A DNA stretch of 64,000 bases from Asterias rubens (lineage: Eukaryota). How positions within the stretch are numbered: the stretch's first letter is position 1; each line of letters starts with the position of its first letter. Shown here one piece after another: positions 49,001-60,619 of this stretch. The translations under genes and the position numbers were made by a program. The stretch lies in NCBI RefSeq assembly GCF_902459465.1, contig NC_047066.1, forward strand, positions 21,204,001-21,268,000, given 5' to 3'. The notes under the pieces were generated by a model. It did not search any database, was not told the origin of the DNA, and saw nothing but the letters and a program-made list of their open reading frames with translations.

Positions 49001-51665
49001 TTGTAGATGATTACAGTAGTAGTTGATTACGGTTGTAGTTGATTACGGTTGTAGTTGATTACGGTTGTAGTTGATTACGGTTGTAGTTGATTACGGTTGT
49101 AGTTGATTACGGTTGTAGTTGATTACAGTTGTGGTTAATTACTCTTTAATTGAATACGATTTTGTTTAATTACGGTAGGAGAAACCTTTGCCTTCCTTCT
49201 CGAATTGTTATCAATATTTCAATTGAAAAATCACTGACCTTCCAATCACGTGGTTTGTTGTCCACTCCATCTTGTTGGTGTATTTTCCCTTTTCCCGAGG
49301 GTGCGTTAAATGTTTAAAACATCACTGTTCGACAGGAAGACACAAAGACAAATTAAGTTAAAGTTAAATTAACAGTTACGATAACACATGTTTGAAATCA
49401 ATTAAGTATTAATTCAATTCAAATGAAAAACAAAAATATCATCATAACACATAATGCATTACATAATTACACATGTATAAACATTTAATAATTTCGCTCT
49501 GAAAGAGAAGAGTGCGTGACGAAACTTGATTTGCTTTTCTCTAAACTACAGACTTGGAACGACGAGTTCCTGATGTGGAATCCTGACGAGTATGGAGGAG
49601 TTCAGAGCCTATTTGTTCACAAATCTAGAATATGGCTGCCAGATACCACACTGTACAAAAAGTAAGTGTAAACCATAGACTTGGTGAAGCGTCTAATCAG
49701 CAAACCCTTTCACGATATTTATTACGATTCGCGACGATGGTCCACACCGGGTCCTGTCGGGCCTTTCCCATTTCTGGATCAATATGCTATGATGCAGAAT
49801 ATGTTTCCAAATAACACAAACATTTTTCAAAATATCTCAGAATCCGAGTTAAAATACAATTTTTAACCCTTTTCCGGGAAATGGGTTACGCCCCCAGGAC
49901 ACAAAACCCAGGTTGGTTCCGACCCGGAAGTTCATACCGTATGTCCTACTTCTGCCGAACGTATGTAAAATGTTTACAGACAGAGGAGTTTTGACAACCG
50001 ACAACTTGTAATAATAATCAAGGTATAGAAACTTATTTGCTTCGTTGGCTGAAAGTTTTCACTATCTCCCTCCACCAGTGTAGACAGGGACTTTGAGAGC
50101 TACAAAGACATCTCAGCTGAAGCCAGGTACGACGGCCAAGTCACCTGGTCCTCACCAGTCATTCTGAAATGCACCTGCCTCATCGACGCCCGTCTCTTCC
50201 CCTTCGACACTCAGGTCTGCGACCTGAAATTCTCCTCATGGGCTTTCGATGGCTCAGCGGTCGACTTGGTCATGTCTACGGGAGCTAAGGCCCTACAGGA
50301 TCAGTTCGCAGACACCGGCGTTTGGGAGCTATTGAAGGTGGACGTGGTCCGTTTTGAGACGTGGTACACATGCTGCCCACATCCATACCCGGAGTTGACC
50401 TACTCGTTACATCTGAGACGGCGGCCTCTGTTCCATGTCTTGAACATTATTCTCCCCTGTTTATTGCTGTCTATTCTGAACCTGATGGTGTTTGGCCTAC
50501 CCCCAGAGTCTGGGGAGAAGATCCAGCTTGGAATGACCAACTTGCTCGCTCTGGTTTTATTCCAGCAGCTCATCAGTGAATCCTTACCACCAACGTCTGA
50601 AAATTCACCAATTATTGGTACGTCAGTTACGCCTAGTAGTTACTTTTCAAAAGTTTAAATTTAGAAATCATGAATCATGTTTCAATGAACATGTTTTAAG
50701 AGAGCATTATAGTTTCAGAAACAGCCGTTCAATCTTAACTTGAACCAGTCTTCGTTAAGGATAACCCAGAACAACTCTGATGGTCCATCGAGATCTCTTA
50801 TTGGCCTGTTCAATTATTGGCCAGCAGACTTACCAAGCAAAATCCAGTGTTCGCGGTAATGTACGCATGCTCAGAACTACGAAAACAATGGAAATGTACC
50901 TTGCGTTCCAAAATCTTCCATAATGGTAATAGTATGTTTATCTCTCTTTCCTTGCTTTGTTCTTGTTTTATTTATTGTTCAGCGCTTTGATCTGTGCTAA
51001 AGGCGCTATATAAATACCTATATTATTATTTCTATTCCGCAGGTTTTTACTTTACACCCATGATCGCCATTGGCTGCACGTCCATCGTATGTACCGTACT
51101 CGTACTCAATCTATTCTATCATGACAACCGCCACCCCATTCCAAGATGGCTCCGGTGGCTCTCTTTGAAACTCGCTGTAATACTCTTCTACCAAGTGAAA
51201 CGTCAGCCAGTGGTCGTCAACGGAACCTGTAACCCAGCCTTCCGATTGGATAACGAATCAACCAATCAGGGCTTTACAGAGAGTGACTCAGGGAGGTTAA
51301 CTGCAAGCTGTAGCTTCACCGACTCATCCAGTTCCACGAACGGTGATGGTACCGTAAGCCAGAGCGAGAACACCCCCAATGGTGACGGCCAGAAGAACTG
51401 CAAGTCCCGCTGCCGAGCTTACAGTATGCACATCATGCAGGAGGTGTATTCGAACGGGAATGACCCAGTACAGATCAAGGCGAGTGGGACAGTGGCAAGG
51501 AAGGCAGCCAGAGCAAACAAGAGGAAACCAGACCCACCACGAGGGGTGATTTTGGAATGGAAGGATGTAGCATTAATCATTGACCGATTCACTATGGTGT
51601 TATCTGTACTTATAACAGGAACGGCAATGGCAGTTACCATTTACTTCTTTGCAATGGAAATCTAA
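43026..51665 (+). CDS. CHRNA9/10-like: nAChR-like Cys-loop receptor gene 4, alpha-type, ~505 aa. Exons 43026-43080, 45709-45854, 48320-48364, 49552-49661, 50079-50617, 51043-51665.
   Basis: Signal peptide [19 protein letters not shown]; ISGWLRQ; [10 protein letters not shown]; [15 protein letters not shown]; FSSWAFDG; loop [10 protein letters not shown]; GT-AG introns; exons total 1518 nt in frame. Confidence 0.9.
43237..43627. mobile_element. MITE family A copy in inverted orientation, gene 4 intron 1, flanked by ~105-bp direct repeats
   Basis: TIRs with TTAA flanks. The direct repeats are 43136-43240 and 43628-43736. Confidence 0.85.
45468..45620 (-). mobile_element. tRNA-derived SINE, same family as 18171-18310
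   Basis: The reverse complement carries the A box, the B box (GTTCGAATTCC) and the same 3' body. Confidence 0.65.
48400..48786. mobile_element. MITE family A copy, gene 4 intron 3
   Basis: Complete TIRs with TTAA flanks. Confidence 0.85.
48831..49142. repeat. Minisatellite, 16-bp unit GTTGATTACGGTTGTA, ~19 copies, gene 4 intron 3
   Basis: Tandem units seen directly; the right part is more homogeneous. Confidence 0.9.
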
Positions 51666-52029
51666 AAATTGAAAAAGTAAAATCGTACTCATACATAACT
51701 TTATAATAAATAATGTAACTGTATAGTATGTATTATATTTTAGTTGTACAAACCAAATCCATCTTCCTTATTTTTCTTCAATAAATGTATAAGCTTTTGT
51801 TTGTTTATGCCTCTGACGGAGGTTCGGTTTTGGATCGAAAGGTAAGGCCCTAGTAGTTAAACACCTTTTTACATTTGGTGTATATACGTTATTATCTCAT
51901 CTTGGGATTTAATATCCATAATTCGCATTATCTGTTGCATTGTAAGCGCACAAAGAACCGCATGTACTTTTACAAAGAACTGAGACACACCATAGTGTGT
52001 CAAAGTATATAAGTTTAGGTGCTCAAAAT

Positions 52030-52431
52030 TTAAAGGAACACGTTGCCTTGGATCGGACGAGTTGGTCTATAACAAGCGTTTGTAACCGTTTTTTTTATAA
52101 ATTGCATATGGTTGGAAAGGTGTTTTAAAAGTAGAATACAATGGTCCACACAAGTTTGCCTCGAAATTGCGTGGTTTTCCTGTTACTGTGCTAATAAACA
52201 CGGTCGGCCATTATTTTATGTGAGTCCAAATTTTGACTCCCACAAATGGTCGACCGTGTTAGTCGGCGAGGTAAAAGGAAAACCGTGCAATTTCGAGGCA
52301 TGTTTGTGTGGATCATTGTATTCTACTTTTACAAGTACAACATCTTTCTACCCATATGTATTTTATAAAAAACGGTTACAAACGCGTTTCAAAGACCAAC
52401 TCGACCGATCCAAGGCAACGTGTTCCTTTAA
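52030..52431. mobile_element. MITE family B (~400 bp, TTAA-flanked, TIR AGGAACACGTTGCCTTGGATCGG..GAGTTGGTC)
   Basis: TIRs of ~35-40 bp with TTAA on both sides. Confidence 0.85.
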
Positions 52432-53666
52432 ATGCAACTCTCGATGTGAGCTGTATATGAAGTCAAAACTTAAAACGTTATCCGACAGTTGCAATATTTT
52501 TAATAGAAAATCTACTTGAAGCAGAGCAACAATTCGTTTCCAATGGGATAAAGCAATATAAACATGAGACATGTCTATATTATTACTAGGAATAGCAATA
52601 TCTTTACTAGTATTAGATATACTTCTATTTTTGAATAATTGTTAAGAATGTACTCCATAATCTACAAACAGTGTACAATGTAAATATATATCGTTTAGCT
52701 CTACTCTGAAAGTTATCGATGAACACTCAGGAAATTCAAGATAAAAAACACGTTGCATTTTGAAATTAAAAATGAACACGGAGTAACCAGCAGTAACCAG
52801 TAACAAGCAGTTAAAAGGGAGTGTTTATAAAATAAATAAAAACATTTGAGCGTAGAGCTAATAAACAAAATCTACAAATTTTTCCCAGGAAGGAAAAAAA
52901 AAATTCAATTAAACTTATTTTCATTGTTTGTTATTTATATCTCAGCAAAAGGTAAACAGGTTTCCCCTCTTTGGTTTTCGACCGACCCAATTTCTGGCTC
53001 TCGACTGTTGCAAATTCAAACCCAATTTACACCCGAACCTGTTGGAAAGACCTATTTAGAATTCAAATAATTTAATAAAACATAACAATCGTAAAATATC
53101 ATGGGTCAAATTCTATAACGGCAGTGCTGATAACAACATCAAACATCACGAGTTTTATTAATGTATAGGGGGGCCTATATACTTTTTTTACTTTTTTTAT
53201 AATAGCAAGCAAAACATATATTTCATGCAAAGAACAGCGGGATGAAATTTGTCACAGTAACGGGGGACGGACATGAAAGCAAAGAAGATATTTTAGCCGG
53301 TATGAGAAATAGGTAATTATGTATAACATTCATCACTACCTTATGACTGAAGACAGAACATAAGGAAATCAATAGTTTGTCATGGGGAAATTCTAGAGGT
53401 ATGCTCCGCTAGAAAGTTAGTGTACAAAGTACATAGGAGGATGTTAAATCAGGGACAAATAAAATAAAAGAACGGAAGATGTCTGTACACAGACGTAATA
53501 AATATTATCTGTGATTTCATATTCACTACCGAACAATCTACTCCGCGGTAGTAGAAGTAAGCAAGATAGCTCGCCAAAATTAAACTCTACCTGGCAAGTA
53601 TATACACACATGGTGTTGATACCTCACCATGCAATGCCTCAAATCCTATACTCTACATTATGGAGA

Positions 53667-54067
53667 CCGGTGTCGCATGCAATTACGTCCTCTATGCAAT
53701 ACTATCAGAATGACATTATTGCATATGCAATAATGTCCGCCGGTTGGTTTTGCATATGCAATCGTATCCGCTGCTGCATAATGCAATATTGTGTCCGCCC
53801 GGTCAAATTTGCATATGAAATTGTGTCCGCCCCCGTGCAAAACCGTCCTTGCAGTAAATTAAACGCCCTTGCTCGACGGAACACGTTCGCTTTTTTTGTT
53901 ACAAGCTATAAGTGCATGTCATGAATGACATGGGAAATGTTCGGCCGACGGGTGTTCCCCATGTGGTCCACCGGACGGTTTTTGCATAGCCCCGGACACG
54001 ATTGCATATGCAGGGGAGTCCGGAGCGGACAGTATTGCATGGCGGACACAATTGCATCTAACACCGG
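53667..54067. repeat. ~400-bp GC-richer element with imperfect terminal inverted repeats and internal TGCATATGCAA / TGTCCGCC subrepeats (probable MITE)
   Basis: CCGGTGTCGCATGCAATT ... AATTGCATCTAACACCGG; no clear TSD. Confidence 0.45.
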
Positions 54068-56103
54068 TAACAAAACAGAAAAGGGAAACAGAGAGCCTCC
54101 ATTTGGGGAATTCTAAAGACTGCGTTGATCCAAAAGAAAATGGGGTGTTTACAAAGTCTATATTAAGGGATGTTAAGCACGGATACACACGATATAAAAG
54201 AACCAAAGATGTCTCTATACGGATAATTTGTGTGTCTTTTATTTGTGTAACATTGCGGGCAATCAACCCCTGTGCCCTCGTTAACCAAAGAGTCCACACA
54301 CGCACATGCTGCTATGTCTATCTCAATGTGATGAATTAACTGATTGAAAATTGAAGGTGACGCTCTGAAACAACTTGTCATGTCCTGTAATAACTCCATC
54401 CATCTATACGAAGGTTTATTGAAAGTTTTTCAGAATTATTGCCTAGATTGCACCGAAATTTCGGCTGGCCAATTCCACAGGGACGCAATTAGGCAGGCGA
54501 TGTTGTTTTACATGATGTAGGCCTAATGTATTATTGAAGATGGCTCAAGGATATACATACATATCTGGTTTAAATATTTTTAAGTGCTTCTGAAAACAAT
54601 CGTATATACGGCAAAAGCAACAAAAATAATGGATACTTCCCACGCAAATAATCCAAAGCCTTATTATACGATTGCACAAACCATTTTATTTTACATAAGT
54701 TTTTTCTTTCCAGGGTCCTTTGATACCCAATTTACGCGCGGATTTTGTGATTAGATTTTGCCGACCTCCACTCCGCATGTCAATAGCGTATTGGATATTT
54801 GTATGTGTGGCAAGCAATGAAAAGATACTAAACAAAATATATATGTTATAAATAAATTTAATATTTTTTTTATTTTAAATGTTAAATCTTTTAATTTACT
54901 TTCTTTTTTTTCCCCCTTCATATATATATATATTTTTTCTTTCATAAGGCTATCTGGGGTTTTTTTTTAATAGCCCCGGCCAATTTACTACTTTCCGCGC
55001 AGGTAGCATTAATAAGCAGGAAGGTTCTGTTCTGACCATAGTCTCCCGAATTCCAAAATATAATCTTCGGCATTAGAATAAAAAAGCAAGACCTAGTTCC
55101 CCCCCCCAAAAAAAAAAAAAATAAATAAATAAATAAATAAAATACAATCTACACAACAAAGTATACACAATCATTGTATAAAATAATGTCCACAGACTGT
55201 GCATACCTCACCATGCTAAGCCTCAACACAAAGTAGCCTACATACTAATCGTATGTCTTTCATGTAAGTAAACCAGCTCTTGTAAAGTTGGAATTGAATT
55301 TCCAAAGGAATTCTCCTTTCTGAAATGGTTTAACTGTTTACGCAGTTTCAGTTGTTGAATGTCAGTCCATTGCTTTTGAGTCTTGTTCATTAATTTTATA
55401 ATGCGGTGATCAATCCAGTGTCACAATGCATTCACATCTATTAATAATACATCACACTGTATGGAAAATAATGACATGAGCCTCTTAGGGGTTTTTGATT
55501 GCTTTTTTTAATTAAGAGTTGCGCACTCAGTCACTGTTCACATTGTTTTAGTCTTGCTCAAACACAGACAGATTTGTATTAAAAGGTCAATTGAGTTGTT
55601 CAATGACACACAAAATACACAAACACTGGAAATTAAATTATAATTAATTGCAGTTTACCTTGAAAATGATGAGTGAGAACAAAAACACACTTCACATTGC
55701 ATGTGTTCTTTTTCAAAATAAAACAAGAGGTATAGGCATACCACGTTCTTCTTTTAATTTTGTTGTTTCTTAACAGCAAAGTATGTATAATGCACAATAA
55801 AATCAATCAAATATAACCTAGTAAAAAAGATCATCTAATAATTTTTTTTTTGTAAAGAAGAATCCAAACATAATTGATAATCAAATCGATATACGTTTTT
55901 GTAAAACTCTAGAATGCATTTTTGTATTGATGATAAAGCGCAATGAAGAATTTATACAATTTCTTATTTAGTAAGACCGGTGGTCTTAGATTCAAATTCC
56001 GTTTTAGTTATTTTTTTTCTTCACCCAATTGAATTTAATTTACAAATTCAAATCTGACATAGCTGTCTTAATTTGGAGAAAACTTGCAGTCTCTCGGCTA
56101 AAT

Positions 56104-59100
56104 TTAAAGTGTCTCCAGATTATAACCATTAACTCGAATGATAAAACATACAATAGTGATAACCATAGCGATGACGGTGACCAATGCACATAGCATTAAA
56201 GCTGCACGATCAATCACCAAAGCAACATCCCGCCACAGTAAAACATTCTGACTACTTGGCAAGTCACCACTCTGATGCCGTCGATCCTGCATGGACTCCA
56301 CCTCTGCACTTGGTTGCAATTTAGCTTTAGCTCTTGCCACGGGTGCGTTGACGATCTTCGATCGGGTCACGGATGCGTAGAGACTACCCTGGGATGTATT
56401 GATGGTTTCCGATTGGACAAGGCGGTTTTCTCCCCAACCAGCCACCCGGCAATAACTCACTCTTGACGGCGTTAACTCTGTGTCAGTGCCGGTCAAATTT
56501 CCGGGATTTGTTTCCCCGAGACTAACGGTATCAGGATTGCTGAAACTCCCATCACGTTTCCCCGTGTTTTGGGGTTGCTCTGGAGTTTTCTCCCAAGCTT
56601 GGTACCGCACCAACTTAGAAATAACTTTGAGTACAAGCCACTTCATCCAACGGGGTATGGGGCGCCTGTTGTCGCGATAATACAAATTCAGAACTGTCAC
56701 GGTGCACACAATGGAGAAACACGACAGGGCAATCATTGGAGTAAAATAGTATCCTGAAATAAACAAAAATATTACCGACATTAAACACCAATGATTGTAG
56801 AACATTTTCAGGTAAAAGTTCTAAAACATTTACGACAATTTGATAACAAAGTCCTTCGAACTCCCGTGATATTCAAATTAAAACAGAGTTGACTTTGACC
56901 CTTTGACCATCAACAAACTGAGTTAAAATTGAGTTGAACTTATATATTTATAAGGAATCCTTTGTTGGAAAATCAGTCCATCACAAAACTAAATTCGAAC
57001 TCCAGCCCCCTCTTTAAAAACAACTCAAGATAACTTACCAATGATTGGTGTGTTGTCCGATGTGGGCGGCACCGAATTACTGATGAGTTGCTGGAACAGA
57101 ACCAACGACAATAAGTTTGTCATACCCAGTGATATCTTCTCCCCCGACTCAGGGGGCAAGACAAACACCATGAGATTCAGAAGAGACAACAGCACACATG
57201 GCAAGACGATCTCAAGCAAGTAAAACAGCGGCCTTCTACGTAGATGAATGGAGTACGATAACTCCGGGAAGCTAAGACCACCGATTGTGGAATCCTTCGC
57301 GGTGATTGTAACTTTTAGAAGCTCCCATACCCCGATGTCTGAGTAGAAAGTCTGATTAGCATGGTTCTTCATTTTGGTGAAGTTCATTTCCGTAGCACTG
57401 TAAACCCACGAGGTGAACTTTAGTGTGCAGACCTGGGTATCGAAGGGGAAGAGGCGTGCATCGATACGGCAGGAGCTTTTCAGGATTGCCGGTGTGCTCC
57501 AATAAACAAATCCATCACTATAGACGAGAACTGGAATGTCTTTATAGCTTTCGAAGTCTCTATGCACACTGTAATCCAAAAGGGAAAGTAAAACAAAATC
57601 GATTAGCATTATTAAAATAAATGTCTTGTAGCAATTTCATGGTTCGGGCATCAGTCAACATTTCGTAATGCTCTTAGTATTAACCCTATTACACCGACAT
57701 TGCAATCTATAAGATTTGGTTTCCGTCCAACCGCGCAACGCATGGTTTACCAAACATTAATGCAACGTTAAAACCCACTTTGAAACAGTCAAAGGTAATA
57801 TCTATATACTTTGCACGATTTGGGGCAGAGGGTACTCCATGAATTTCCAAATATAATATTTTCCTCTTGTACGGAAGTACACCCCTTAAAACCTCAAAAG
57901 AAGTCCTGTGATTCCAGGCATGCAATGGAAACACAATGTGGTACACCATAAACAATAGAACTTTATCATGGTGCGGCCATCTTGATTTTCTCCCATTCAA
58001 ATCAATGTAACCAAACCGAGGCTGAAAGGAGAATCGGTCTGGTTCTTTTTAATACAATGAATTGTATGATGTTGTTGGAGACAGGGAACATGACCAAGAT
58101 GGTGTCAGCATGATAAAGGTCTGTATCGAGCACCAAATGGTGATGGAAATTGTGTCCCTACCCTTTATACAGTGTAGTATCGGGGAGCCAAATTTGTGAT
58201 CTGTGCACGTATAAATAATCCACGTCATTGTGTTCTGTAGGATCCCATTGCATGAACTCGTCCGTCCAACTCTAAAACAAAAGGGGAAAACACCACAATA
58301 AGAATTCTGAATTGAAGTTGATTCTACAAAATCTCAATGAAGAGTGCGAGAGACTACTTTTATTTCTAAGGGATTTATTTCAAACAATTTAAGAAATGTA
58401 TAGTTACCTGTGACAACCAGGCTGATATTTCAATTGTTTGGTGGCGCTCGCTCTGAGTTAAAGAAAACAACAAATAGCTTGTCAATCAACAAGAAAACAC
58501 ATCATTTCTAGCTAGTATAACATTACATTTAATTTCCCATGCAGAAGTTTAACTCCCAATGTTGATTGATTTATAAGTGGCAGAAAACCGATCGAACAGT
58601 TTTGTTGAACAACAAACTAGTTTACATTACTTGCTAACGCCCCTTCTTCTGTAACTTTTCGTTACGCCCCTATTTCGGGAACACGGCTAATTCTTATGTG
58701 ATGAGAACTGCAACGAATGTTTTCACCAATTCTATAACTTGTACAATGAGTATAAGCTGAAGCTGCAATGAGGCTCTTACCAATTCTATAACTTGCGCAA
58801 GGAATATAGCTGGAACTACAAAAAAAAGAGTTCTTACCAATTCTATAACTTGTGCAAGGAGTAGCTGAAACTGAACCGTAGTAGTCTCATACATGTCATA
58901 GACCGGGCGAGTAGATGGGTATCCATAGTTATCAAGTAGTTCTTTCAGTAAGACGTTCTGAGCACTCATCGGGTGGAGACATCCTGAAAGGAAATGTGAC
59001 CAAACATTACTTCGTGGGTTTAAAGAAAGCAATACAATATATAATCTCATAACCGTGGGGAAAATTCAAATGTCAAAATCAACATCCCATTTTGTTTACT

Positions 59101-59403
59101 TGTTCTGAAACCAGCAGCTGTTGACTTACTTTGTATTTTACTTAAACCATGTTGTCTTAATCTAAGAGTGACACATCCAAACTCAGAAATTAATAAATTC
59201 ATCACCATATTTTACGGTTTTAAAATAATTGAAGAACCATAATGCATCTGCATTTAACCGGAGAATGCATAATGTCCATTTTTATTTTCTTAAATAATTA
59301 TAAAGCAACCATATGTAGATAAAAAAAAATTGGAAAAGTTCTTACCGCTCTCTTGGAACACTGACGGAAATATCAGGAGCACAACCCACTTCGCCAAATC
59401 CAT
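56104..59403 (-). CDS. nAChR-like Cys-loop receptor gene 5, non-alpha (no loop-C CC), ~512 aa. Exons 59403-59346, 58983-58838, 58452-58408, 58271-58162, 57568-57039, 56753-56104.
   Basis: Signal MDLAKWVVLLIFPSVFQESG; ISAWLSQ; [10 protein letters not shown]; [15 protein letters not shown]; FTSWVYSA; loop C AKDSTIGGLSFPEL; M1-M4 present; exons total 1539 nt in frame. Confidence 0.9.
58727..58890 (-). repeat. Three tandem copies (57- and 54-nt spacing) of the 3' end of gene 5 exon 2 including its splice donor
   Basis: CAAGTTATAGAATTG|gt occurs three times, at boundaries 58838, 58781 and 58727. Confidence 0.85.
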
Positions 59404-60246
59404 TTCGGTGCACAATCTGTATTCTCAAAGTACACAGATCCGTAAGTTGCAGTTCCTTAACTTGTCGATTGATGCGCGGTCTAACAGCTTTCAAACGGCA
59501 ATGAATGTATCATGTGCAATTATGCCGATTAAATGATGACGCTATTTTAATTTACGTTTTTCATGGACACTGATTGAATAAGATGGTTAATGGGTATGAT
59601 ATCATGCAGTGTATAGCCAAATGACCCGTAGACTCCATCTCAATACCTTTTATGTTCGTTTATTGAATTCATTATTCATTATACTTCTAAATGATAGATA
59701 CACGGTTTTAATGGAAGAGGAGGCTTATTTAAGTCATTCGGCTCGGACTTTAGATTCGGAACAATCTGTTGACAATTAATTACACCATGATACAATTATT
59801 ATGCAATATGCCTATCTAAATTTGAGTTTCGTTATTACCGATCGTTTGTTGTTAATTACATTTCTTTGTCGAGGCCATTCGAACTTCGCCAGTGAGGAGA
59901 ACTAACTTTTAATATTTCCTATTAACACATATATAACATATCTACTATAAGTTTTTATTTATTCTCCACTACCAAATCCCAAAAATAACCGCCTGGTATT
60001 CACCAAGCGGCAGCCAACAGGCTTACCAAGCAGCCGCTTCCCCCACTCATTCAAGGCCCGTCCGTTAGCCTAGCTATAAAAGCTGTAAACTGTACGATGA
60101 AGTCTACTTAACAAACAGCATCTTTAAACCTGATCAGGTGCTCAGGGTTCGATTGAAAGTACTAGGATTCACAGATGATCTGTCAGTATTGTCATAGTTA
60201 CTTGTATTTTATTGTTTCATGTTGACAATGACAATTAAACGTACAA

Positions 60247-60389
60247 GGGGAGACTTTTGGGACGCTTGGTGGCAGCAGACCTACCAGGTAAAATCCATTG
60301 TTCTCGGTCATGTGCGCACGCTCAGAACTACGCAAACAATGGAAATTTACCTGGTAAGTCTGCTGCCACCTAGCGTCCCAAAGTCTCCC
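60247..60389. mobile_element. ~143-bp fold-back MITE (family E) between gene 6 and gene 5, with partial copies near 50818-50906 and 62915-62980
   Basis: GGGAGACTTTTGGGACGCTTGGTGGCAGCAGACCTACCAGGTAAA pairs with TTTACCTGGTAAGTCTGCTGCCACCTAGCGTCCCAAAGTCTCCC. Confidence 0.7.
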
Positions 60390-60619
60390 ATTGGAACAAA
60401 TAATAATGAGTATAATTGTGAAAACATAGATGCCACATAAATCAACATAAAATTTATAGAAATTTTAAAGATAATATCGAGTGAATTCAGTTAATTCTTT
60501 AACTCTGGATTGGTAATGATTCAACGGTTTTTTAGTTTACTATGCATTCCCCTAACAATTTAGTCCAGTATCGGCCTATCTTTTAGGAACATATTTGAAG
60601 GAGATCACATTGTTGTCTA

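Noticed and set aside
48831-49142. CRISPR-like array
   Set aside because: The units are directly adjacent with no unique spacers, and the context is eukaryotic.
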